Assembly (NCBI GenBank): GCA_016432445.1
Contig: CP066689.1
Location: 870,001 to 902,000, forward strand
Source: Candidatus Saccharimonadota bacterium
GTDB lineage: Bacteria > Patescibacteriota > Microgenomatia > UBA1406 > GWC2-37-13
Length of the DNA stretch: 32,000 bases
Direction: 5' to 3'
Both the position numbers and the translations under genes were made by a program. The notes beneath the pieces were generated by a model, which was not told the origin of the DNA, searched no databases, and was given only the letters and a program-made list of their open reading frames with translations. Of the stretch, positions 15,517 through 22,465 are shown in pieces (position 1 is the first letter of the stretch; the number at the start of each line of letters is the position of its first letter).

Positions 15517-17718
15517 TTATTTATTTCCTGAATGAAACTTATCATGTATCTCTTTTAATCTAATATTAGTCACATGAGTATAAATTTGTGTCGTTGAGAT
15601 ATTTTTATGTCCCAGCATTTCTTGAACCGAACGCAGGTCAGCACCGTGAGTCAGCAAATCAGTAGCGTACGAATTGTGACTCAAGATACCATTAGTTATC
15701 AAATTATGATTCTTCTCTACAAAAAAATCATAAACAGTATGTTGGGATGATCCTAACTTTTTCTTAGTTTTTACTTTTAACCATTTGATATTGTTGGCAT
15801 TAGCCAGAAGATAATAAGCTTTATATTCCTTATCTGAAATAAGATTGAGTTGCCTGAACCCTTTAATAAGGCTCATAAAAGTGTCTTTTTGAGGTAAAAT
15901 TTTTGCGACATAACGGGAAACATGCTTAATGCCGAATTTTCTTTCGAAAATAGGACAATATTGAACTTTATTTTCTTTTGCTTTGGTAATGCATTTTTGA
16001 ATTATATCCTGAAATGGTAATTTCTCTTCAAAACGGGTTTCTTTTAAACTAAAATCATTAACTTTCATTGTCGGGATATGATTGATAAAATTATCAATAC
16101 TTTGTTTATCAATAATCACCAATCCATAAATATTACCCGTGAAGGATTTTCCATTATGAGGCAGGATTACTCTTCGAGTCCTACCCTCTAAATGAGCATC
16201 TATTCCGAAATAAAGGAATAACATCTGGATTTGTTCAAGAAGGATTTTTGAGGAGGAAAATAATCGGGGAGAAGTAGTTAGCCCTTCAGCATCATAAAAA
16301 CCGGCAATAAAATTGGTAATTTCTTCGCCTGTTGCGGAAAAAAGCTTTTGAGGAACTGTTTTTTTATTTGATAGTTCAATCATCCCGAGATCCTCGAAAA
16401 AACGATTTAGCTCTGTATTATAAAAATATAATTGATACGAATTACTGTTCTCGTTTTTCTTAATATGAGACTTTATCTTTAATGTTTTCTCGATTAATTG
16501 CTGGTAAAACTCTAAATAATCTAAATTCTTATCATAGATTCTGATTACTCTTCCGGATAAATTAACAATGCCATCCCCCAGGACATAACCAATAATCCGC
16601 CATAACGGAGGATTTAATATTTTTTTGCCTTGGTGAAATATTTTTTTAACGGCAACTATATAATCGCTAACTTTAAGATCCTTAGCTTTTTTTTCAACAA
16701 TACTGTCTTTTGAAAAAACAAATATCCTATGCTCGCCGGAACATTTCAATTCATAACCATCGGCTTTTATCTCATACAGGTATGTATTATGTTGACTTTT
16801 TTGGATGACTTTATCTTTTTCCACCTTAAGAGATTTTGTATTGAAAGAATAAATATCTTTGCGCGCAGAATAAAATAATTCTCTGGCGGTGAGGATAGAA
16901 TCATTAACGGCGATTAATGTTTGCGGATGTAAACAATGCCTTAATACGTGAGGACCGATACGGAATAAGATACCGGCTTTTTTTCTATACTTATCAATAG
17001 TTCTTTCAATTGAACGCACGGATAATCTAAGCTTATTTTCGGTTAAACCTTCCTCAGGACGCGGTCCGGAGTATCTGATAAACAACGGCTTATAAGGATC
17101 ATCTCTTTTTTGAAGATACATTGAAAGCCAATCAGTGGCTTTTTTGGATAAAAATACCACCCTGGCTTTGCCTCCTTTTCCAATCACTCCAAACTCGCCT
17201 GAGTCCAAATTAATCTGGTCACGGTTAAGACCGGCAAGCTCTGACACACGGAGTCCGGTTGAGAAGAGTACCTCAAGCAAAGCTCTGTCTCTTAAGCCAA
17301 TTATTTCTGAGTAATCAACGGCGGCAAATAATTTTTCTAAATCTTCAGGAGATAAAAACTTAATTGACCGGTCACTCTGTTTTCCCAGTTCGATAACTTC
17401 AGGCGCAATTACTTTAACTTTTTGCTTTATTAAAAACCTAAAAAAAGAACGGAGGGCCACTAAAAAATAATTTTGAGTTTGCCTTTTTAAATCACCCTTG
17501 TGAGGATTTTTATATTGGTGGGAAAGATAAAGACGGAAGTTTCTTATGATATTGTCATCAATCTTTTCAACCTCAAAATCTTCAAGCTTCATTGTGTCCA
17601 ATAGCCAAGTTTGAAAAAAATTAAGGTAGTAACCATACATGCGGACCGTTTTTACTGAAAGATTTCGATCAAGCTCGCAGTATTCCAAAAAACGTAAAAC
17701 CGCCTCTTTTATCCCCAT
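15517..17718 (-). CDS. XerC/XerD-type tyrosine recombinase interrupted by an intein (312-aa extein + 421-aa intein)
   Basis: N-terminal SAM-like domain. Box [13 protein letters not shown]. Box II HVLRH|...|SYATDLL split by the insert. [14 protein letters not shown] carries the catalytic Tyr. Confidence 0.85.
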   Translation of the reverse strand: MGIKEAVLRFLEYCELDRNLSVKTVRMYGYYLNFFQTWLLDTMKLEDFEVEKIDDNIIRNFRLYLSHQYKNPHKGDLKRQTQNYFLVALRSFFRFLIKQKVKVIAPEVIELGKQSDRSIKFLSPEDLEKLFAAVDYSEIIGLRDRALLEVLFSTGLRVSELAGLNRDQINLDSGEFGVIGKGGKARVVFLSKKATDWLSMYLQKRDDPYKPLFIRYSGPRPEEGLTENKLRLSVRSIERTIDKYRKKAGILFRIGPHVLRHCLHPQTLIAVNDSILTARELFYSARKDIYSFNTKSLKVEKDKVIQKSQHNTYLYEIKADGYELKCSGEHRIFVFSKDSIVEKKAKDLKVSDYIVAVKKIFHQGKKILNPPLWRIIGYVLGDGIVNLSGRVIRIYDKNLDYLEFYQQLIEKTLKIKSHIKKNENSNSYQLYFYNTELNRFFEDLGMIELSNKKTVPQKLFSATGEEITNFIAGFYDAEGLTTSPRLFSSSKILLEQIQMLFLYFGIDAHLEGRTRRVILPHNGKSFTGNIYGLVIIDKQSIDNFINHIPTMKVNDFSLKETRFEEKLPFQDIIQKCITKAKENKVQYCPIFERKFGIKHVSRYVAKILPQKDTFMSLIKGFRQLNLISDKEYKAYYLLANANNIKWLKVKTKKKLGSSQHTVYDFFVEKNHNLITNGILSHNSYATDLLTHGADLRSVQEMLGHKNISTTQIYTHVTNIRLKEIHDKFHSGNK
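15673..16935 (-). mobile_element. Intein with LAGLIDADG homing-endonuclease domain (Cys262-Asn682 of the recombinase ORF)
   Basis: It starts [10 protein letters not shown] (block A). SGEHRIFV is block-B-like. LAGLIDADG motifs [11 protein letters not shown] and [10 protein letters not shown]. It ends [21 protein letters not shown], followed by Ser as the +1 residue. Confidence 0.85.
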
Positions 17719-17724
17719 GAACCA

Positions 17725-17730
17725 ATATTA
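17725..17730 (-). promoter_or_regulatory. -10 hexamer TAATAT, 6 nt upstream of the recombinase ATG
   Basis: The minus strand reads ttTAATATtggttcATG. Confidence 0.3.
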
Positions 17731-17760
17731 AACGACATCTAGCTTAAAATCAAAAGGATT

Positions 17761-18363
17761 TTATTTTGCAATAAATGCATTCTGAGGAAGTGTTATCCCA
17801 GATTCAACTCGATGAATTGTATGAGCTAACAATCTATGTACACCATCAATAATATGAAGATGCCCATCTGGTCTTCTACCAAAAGGTCTTGGCGTTAATA
17901 TTAATGGGGGTAGCATCGATCCTTTTCTGTATTCTTCAAGAATTTCAAGCATGTCTTTTTCTTTCCAAGGTTTTACATCAAAAAAACAGGTTAAATATTT
18001 GGCAGCTACACTTTCAAGCGTACGATCACGCCCTTTGTCAGTTAATATTGCAGAAATGTGTTTAGGATCCGGTTCATAATACCATTGAATACTATTCAAG
18101 TCAGAAAGAGTAAGAGCAGTTGATACAAAAACTTTATGATATCTGATTGCAGCTATAGCTGTTGAATTAGGATTAACACCTCTTTGATTTTCAAGATTTG
18201 TATAAAATACTTCTATATCTGCAGATGAACGAGTTTTTCCTTCGGAAGGCAATGAGCGAAAATAAGCTTCTCTCAACCTTTGACTAGGTAAATAACGGCC
18301 TACTGCATCTAAGAAATGTCTGTTTGGAATACTACGCGCAAATTTAGCTGAAGTTATTTCCAT
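17761..18363 (-). CDS. Hypothetical protein with C-terminal ParB/Srx-like nuclease motif
   Basis: LPPLILTPRPF...HLHIIDGVHRLLAH fits the ParB-like PPI..(n)..iDGhHR signature. The start was moved to the ATG at 18363 (MEITSAK..) because 18366-18446 is tRNA-Leu. Confidence 0.55.
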   Translation of the reverse strand: MEITSAKFARSIPNRHFLDAVGRYLPSQRLREAYFRSLPSEGKTRSSADIEVFYTNLENQRGVNPNSTAIAAIRYHKVFVSTALTLSDLNSIQWYYEPDPKHISAILTDKGRDRTLESVAAKYLTCFFDVKPWKEKDMLEILEEYRKGSMLPPLILTPRPFGRRPDGHLHIIDGVHRLLAHTIHRVESGITLPQNAFIAK

Positions 18364-18365
18364 TG

Positions 18366-18446
18366 TGCCAGAGGAGGGAGTTGAACCCTCACGCCTTACG
18401 GCACAGGATCCTAAATCCTGCGTGTATGCCATTTCACCACTCTGGC
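18366..18446 (-). tRNA. tRNA-Leu (anticodon UAG), class II with long variable arm
   Basis: Manual fold: acceptor GCCAGAG/CTCTGGC, anticodon stem CAGGA/TCCTG with loop TTTAGGA, variable arm TGCCGTAAGGCGT, T arm GAGGG-TTCAACT-CCCTC, discriminator A. Confidence 0.9.
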
Positions 18447-18463
18447 TTGTGAAGATCATTAAA

Positions 18464-19126
18464 TTATACCATTCTAGACCGTTTTTCTCTAAGCCAGTGG
18501 GCTATGGTGTTACCGAAGATAAATCCACCAATATGAGCAAACCAAGCAATTCCGCCTAATGAGAAAGTTTCCCTGGATAGTGAGCCAATAGTACTAAATA
18601 TCTGAGCAATAAACCAGTACCCTAAAACAAACCAAGCCGGAAGATCAACGATGGTCAAAAAAACGAGAATAACAATTAATGTTTTTACTTTTGAGTATCT
18701 GAATAATATGAAATAGGCTCCAGCCACAGCTGATATAGCACCAGATGCGCCAATCATAGGTATAGGACTAGTAGTGGCAGCAGCATACTGGCTTAAAGCG
18801 GCAATAAGACCGCCTCCTAGATAAAAAAGAATATAACGGAAATGGCCAAGCTTATCCTCAATATTATCTCCAAAAACGTGAAGAAAGATCATGTTGGAAA
18901 TAATGTGAAGAAATCCTCCGTGAATGAACAAAGAGGTAAAGATTGTAAAGTAAGACTCAACAACGGTCAGGTTAAAATTACCAGGTATAAAGGCAAAACT
19001 CCTTATAAAATCTTCAGGATCAGGTAAAAGCAGTTCATAAATAAATATAACGATATTTAACAAAATAAGCAGATAATTTATTACCGGAAAATGCTTCCGG
19101 GGTGTTGAGTCAAATAATGGGAACAT
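18464..19126 (-). CDS. Rhomboid-family intramembrane serine protease
   Basis: GASGAISAVAGAY (GxSG catalytic Ser), HIGGFIFG (catalytic His helix), and HxxxN-like FIHGGFLHIISNM. Confidence 0.85.
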   Translation of the reverse strand: MFPLFDSTPRKHFPVINYLLILLNIVIFIYELLLPDPEDFIRSFAFIPGNFNLTVVESYFTIFTSLFIHGGFLHIISNMIFLHVFGDNIEDKLGHFRYILFYLGGGLIAALSQYAAATTSPIPMIGASGAISAVAGAYFILFRYSKVKTLIVILVFLTIVDLPAWFVLGYWFIAQIFSTIGSLSRETFSLGGIAWFAHIGGFIFGNTIAHWLREKRSRMV

Positions 19127-19137
19127 AGCTATTTATA

Positions 19138-19146
19138 TGATAGAAT
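19138..19146 (+). promoter_or_regulatory. Extended -10-like box TGATAGAAT upstream of the tRNA-Ser 5' fragment
   Basis: Same TGATAnAAT pattern as at 1233, 6677, 10272 and 28029. It lies 43 nt before the fragment. Confidence 0.3.
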
Positions 19147-19189
19147 TAGGTTGTAAGAACAGTGTAAGAAAAGGCTAAAGATTTCATCA

Positions 19190-19206
19190 GGAGGGGTCGC
19201 ATAGTG
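19190..19206 (+). repeat. Exact 17-nt duplicate of tRNA-Ser nt 1-17 (GGAGGGGTCGCATAGTG)
   Basis: Identical to 19539-19555. The match ends inside the D-loop. Confidence 0.9.
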
Positions 19207-19264
19207 CCCGCTCAGAAGCAAGCTTTGAGCGGGTCCGCTCACGAACATAAGTGAGCTGAGCGGA
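19207..19264 (+). other. 58-nt GC-rich twin-hairpin leader (core GCGGGTCCGC)
   Basis: CCCGCTCA-gaagcaagctt-TGAGCGGG then TCCGCTCA-cgaacataagtgagc-TGAGCGGA. Each stem is 8 bp. Confidence 0.55.
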
Positions 19265-19278
19265 GACAAATAACAAAT

Positions 19279-19539
19279 ATGTTCTATGTATACGTATTAC
19301 AAAGTTTGAAAGATAAAAGATTCTATATAGGTTTTAGTGCGGATTTAAAAAAAAGAGTTAAAGATCATAACGAAGGTAGAGTTGTAAGCACAAAGAATAG
19401 AAGGCCATTAGATTTAATCTATTATGAAGCTTATAAGTTTGAACAACAGGCACGTAAACAGGAATTATTTTATAAAACAGGACAAGGAAGACGAGTCTTG
19501 AAAACACGTCTTACAGGTAATGAAATACTAGGAAAATAG
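19279..19539 (+). CDS. Single-domain GIY-YIG nuclease (86 aa)
   Basis: MFYVYVLQSLKDKRFYIGFSADLKKRVKDHN...YYEAY...Q..RKQE matches the GIY-YIG motifs. The final G of the TAG stop codon is nt 1 of tRNA-Ser. Confidence 0.8.
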   Translation: MFYVYVLQSLKDKRFYIGFSADLKKRVKDHNEGRVVSTKNRRPLDLIYYEAYKFEQQARKQELFYKTGQGRRVLKTRLTGNEILGK

Positions 19540-19625
19540 GAGGGGTCGCATAGTGGACTAGTGCGTACGCCTGGAAAGCGTATGTGGTCGCAAGACTACC
19601 GCGGGTTCGAATCCCGCCCTCTCCG
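19539..19625 (+). tRNA. tRNA-Ser (anticodon GGA), class II
   Basis: Manual fold: acceptor GGAGGGG/CCTCTCC (one G-U pair), anticodon stem TACGC/GCGTA with loop CTGGAAA, variable arm GTGGTC-gcaa-GACTAC, T arm GCGGG-TTCGAAT-CCCGC, discriminator G. Confidence 0.9.
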
Positions 19626-19632
19626 CACTTTT

Positions 19633-20949
19633 ATGACTCAAAAAGATGCTTTGGAACTATTAAAACTCGGATATTCCGTATACCTTACTGGAGAAGCGGG
19701 ATCTGGAAAAACATATCTTTTAAATAAATACATAAAATCACTTCATAAACAAAAAGTCGAAGTTGGTATCACGGCATCAACTGGTATCGCCGCCACCCAT
19801 TTAGGAGGAACAACTATTGATTCCTGGTCTGGTTTAGGAATGCGTGATGAAATAACTCATTCCGATCTTATCTATATTAGCCAAAACCACAATCTGCAAA
19901 AAAGAATTAAAAAGACTAAAATCCTTATTATTGATGAAGTATCAATGCTTCATGGTAAAAGACTTGATAGCATTAATAAAATCTGCCAAGCAATACGCAA
20001 AAACAATTCACCTTTCGGAGGAATGCAGGTTGTTTTATCAGGAGATTTTTTTCAATTGCCTCCTGTATCTGAGGAGAGACGGAATTATGATTACGTTTAT
20101 AAATCCAATGTCTGGCATCAAATGAATCCAAAAATTATTTATCTGGAAAGTCAATACAGACAAACAGACCCAGTTTTTAATGATGTCTTATCGGCACTAA
20201 GAGAAAATAGAATAGAGGAGAGGATAAAAAATATTCTCCATCAAACCATTAATAATACCTTTTCCGGTTCAATTGTCCCAACCAAACTTTACACTCATAA
20301 TGTTGACGTTGATCAAATAAATAAAAATCATCTCGATCAGATTAACCAAAAGCCATACGAATATGTAATGACTGCAGTTGGTCACGAAAAACTGGTCGAG
20401 TTCTTAAAGCGTGGATGCTTAGTACCAGAACATCTTACTCTTAAAAAAGGCGCCCAGGTAATGTTTGTCCGTAATAACTATAAAGCTGGCTACTTTAATG
20501 GAACTGTTGGAAAAGTTGTTGGTTTTGACCGGGATAAAACTCCCGTAGTTGAAACTTATGAGAAGAAAAAAATCCATGTCAAACCTGATAGCTGGAATAT
20601 TATGGAAAACAATAAAATTCTGGCAGAGATTAAACAGATTCCGCTTCGGTTGGCCTGGGCAATAACTATCCATAAAAGTCAGGGGATGACCCTTTCTTGC
20701 GCCGAGATTGATCTTTCAAAGTCTTTTGTCCATGGTATGGGCTATGTAGCTTTGTCACGCTTAAGACACCTCAAAGGTCTTCGGCTTTTAGGAATGAATG
20801 ATCTTGCTCTTTCCGTTAACCCTGAAGTTACAGAAGTTGACAAAATACTTCGCCAAAAATCTATTCAAGCCGTTGAAGATTTGAAAAAAATGGGCTGGTT
20901 TAAACGCTTCTTCGCCAGACGAAAATTTATGTATCATCTTACTTCTTAA
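19633..20949 (+). CDS. Pif1/RecD-like SF1 DNA helicase (AAA_30-type)
   Basis: Walker A GEAGSGKTYLL, Walker B ILIIDEVSML, VVLSGDFFQLPPV, and C-terminal AITIHKSQGMT. The start was moved to the ATG at 19633 because the track's N-terminus is tRNA-Ser read as protein. Confidence 0.8.
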   Translation: MTQKDALELLKLGYSVYLTGEAGSGKTYLLNKYIKSLHKQKVEVGITASTGIAATHLGGTTIDSWSGLGMRDEITHSDLIYISQNHNLQKRIKKTKILIIDEVSMLHGKRLDSINKICQAIRKNNSPFGGMQVVLSGDFFQLPPVSEERRNYDYVYKSNVWHQMNPKIIYLESQYRQTDPVFNDVLSALRENRIEERIKNILHQTINNTFSGSIVPTKLYTHNVDVDQINKNHLDQINQKPYEYVMTAVGHEKLVEFLKRGCLVPEHLTLKKGAQVMFVRNNYKAGYFNGTVGKVVGFDRDKTPVVETYEKKKIHVKPDSWNIMENNKILAEIKQIPLRLAWAITIHKSQGMTLSCAEIDLSKSFVHGMGYVALSRLRHLKGLRLLGMNDLALSVNPEVTEVDKILRQKSIQAVEDLKKMGWFKRFFARRKFMYHLTS

Positions 20950-20964
20950 TGGTTTTCATCTCAT

Positions 20965-20994
20965 TTGACATATTTATTACATTAAAGGTATAAT
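20965..20994 (+). promoter_or_regulatory. Near-consensus sigma70-type promoter (TTGACA-18 nt-TATAAT) for the toxin-antitoxin operon
   Basis: TTGACA at 20965-20970 and TATAAT at 20989-20994. Confidence 0.5.
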
Positions 20995-21027
20995 ATAGGT
21001 ATTAATTAAGTTCTATTTATTAGTATT

Positions 21028-21282
21028 ATGCAAACATCTCAAGTTCAATTAAAGATCAGTCTTTCAGAACAATTAAATGATTTATTAAAAGGGAAAGCTC
21101 AACGCCTGGGCGTACCTGTTACTCAATTGGTAAAGCATATTATTATCAAAGAAGTCGAAAATGAAAGATTTCCTACTTTTATAGTTTCTTCTAAGACTGA
21201 AAAAAAAGCAGAGAAAGCACTAAGGGAAATTGACCAATCCGAAATTGTAGATAATGTGGAAGATTATTTTAATAATCTTTGA
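21028..21282 (+). CDS. Antitoxin, ribbon-helix-helix (CopG/RHH)-like
   Basis: 84 aa. The N-terminal beta-strand plus two-helix pattern (VQLKISLSEQLNDLLKGKAQRLGVPVTQLVKHIIIKEV) suggests RHH. Its stop codon lies 2 nt before the toxin ATG. Confidence 0.6.
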   Translation: MQTSQVQLKISLSEQLNDLLKGKAQRLGVPVTQLVKHIIIKEVENERFPTFIVSSKTEKKAEKALREIDQSEIVDNVEDYFNNL

Positions 21283-21284
21283 GT

Positions 21285-21557
21285 ATGAACATTCGTCTAT
21301 CAAAAGAAGTCATTGACTATTTAAAGATACAAAAGAAAAAAAATGCAAAACTTTTTAAAAGAATAGAAAAGCAGTTATCCCTTTTTAAAACTAACCCCAA
21401 ACACCAATCCCTTCGAGTTCATAAATTAACTGGCAAAATTAAAAATATGTGGAGTATATCTATAATTAAAGATATCCGTATGGTATATATCCTTCTTGAG
21501 AACGATTGTCCATATTTTGTTGATATAGGAACTCATGATCAAGTTTATAGAAAATAA
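21285..21557 (+). CDS. RelE/ParE-superfamily toxin
   Basis: 90 aa from the ATG at 21285. ...SLRVHKLTGKIKNMWSISIIKDIRMVYIL....VDIGTHDQVY is the typical RelE/StbE-like pattern. Confidence 0.65.
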   Translation: MNIRLSKEVIDYLKIQKKKNAKLFKRIEKQLSLFKTNPKHQSLRVHKLTGKIKNMWSISIIKDIRMVYILLENDCPYFVDIGTHDQVYRK

Positions 21558-21728
21558 CTCTATTAACTTGGCAACAAAAATTTCCCTATCACCTCCTGAA
21601 AAGGATAAAAAGTTTGATACAAAGCATCAGAACAGCATTTCCAATCCTTCGACTCCGCTCAGGGCGAGCCCGGGAGGTTGAAAAGTTTGAAAAGTTGAAA
21701 TCATTTTGCTTCACTTTCTAAACAAAGT

Positions 21729-21734
21729 TATAAT
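21729..21734 (+). promoter_or_regulatory. -10 hexamer TATAAT, 6 nt upstream of the ATG at 21741
   Basis: Sequence gtTATAATaatttgATG. Confidence 0.35.
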
Positions 21735-21740
21735 AATTTG

Positions 21741-22433
21741 ATGGAAAATAAAGTACTTGTAATATTAAAAAATATTTTCAATATTCTAGCTAGAAACGAT
21801 AAGTTATTTCTTGAAAGTAATAATTTAGTCGAATTTTCAGATAGTGAAATCAAAACTCCAATAGGGGACATCTTTCCTTTTTTGCTTAATCAAAAAAGTA
21901 ATTTAAAAGATCAAATAATCGATACAAACTTCCTAGTAAAACTCGTTGATGCCTTAAGTAAAAATAACTCTATCGTCAGATTAAACCACATAGGATTTTG
22001 TTATAAAGTTGATTCTCAAGAAAAGGAAAAAGAAAGATTGATAGAATTGATTAAACAATCTAAATTTCATTTATACCAAGAACAATCAAATGATGACGGC
22101 TTGTGGCTTTTCATAGGTAATACGGATGACTGGGAAAATCCTTTAATTGAATTATTACCTGTAGAAAAAACAAATGACCATTGGGTAGACTATTGGTTAC
22201 CACACATACAGATTGATATTGATACAGCATTAACTGGAAAGGAAATTGAAGATACTGTTAGATCAACATTTAACAATACTATTGAGCCATACCAAATAAA
22301 AATCGATGGAGTAGTTTATATAGTAAGAAATCGAATCGGTGTAATAGGTGGAGTCAATATCAACATTGATTTAGCTACAAACTCAAGAAATGTGCAAATC
22401 GCACGTCAAAACTCACTAATTAAAGTTATTTAG
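21741..22433 (+). CDS. Hypothetical protein, weak VOC/glyoxalase-fold resemblance
   Basis: LNHIGFCYKV ... NPLIELLPVEK ... WLPHIQIDIDT resembles the beta-alpha-beta-beta-beta module pattern with His/Glu ligands. This is by eye only. Confidence 0.4.
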   Translation: MENKVLVILKNIFNILARNDKLFLESNNLVEFSDSEIKTPIGDIFPFLLNQKSNLKDQIIDTNFLVKLVDALSKNNSIVRLNHIGFCYKVDSQEKEKERLIELIKQSKFHLYQEQSNDDGLWLFIGNTDDWENPLIELLPVEKTNDHWVDYWLPHIQIDIDTALTGKEIEDTVRSTFNNTIEPYQIKIDGVVYIVRNRIGVIGGVNINIDLATNSRNVQIARQNSLIKVI

Positions 22434-22443
22434 TTAAGGTAAA

Positions 22444-22465
22444 TAAATCTGCTCAAATTCTCTCT
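22444..22465. repeat. 22-bp direct repeat, copy 1 (taaatctgctcaaattctctct)
   Basis: Identical to 23601-23622. Contains the stop codon and last 3 codons of the 369-aa ORF. Confidence 0.9.

Noticed and set aside
16782-16795. dif-like word atgtattatgttga
   Set aside because: It lies inside the intein coding sequence. Only one half-site-like stretch is present, with no 28-bp dif architecture.
18364-18559. N-terminal 32 codons of ORF 17761..18459, and the plus-strand ORF 18365..18559
   Set aside because: Both run through tRNA-Leu (18366-18446). The plus-strand ORF is also antisense to the rhomboid gene. The CDS was re-started at the ATG at 18363.
19561-19632. N-terminal 24 codons of ORF 19561..20949
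   Set aside because: This is tRNA-Ser sequence translated as protein (..GFESRPL.. corresponds to the T arm). The helicase starts at the ATG at 19633.
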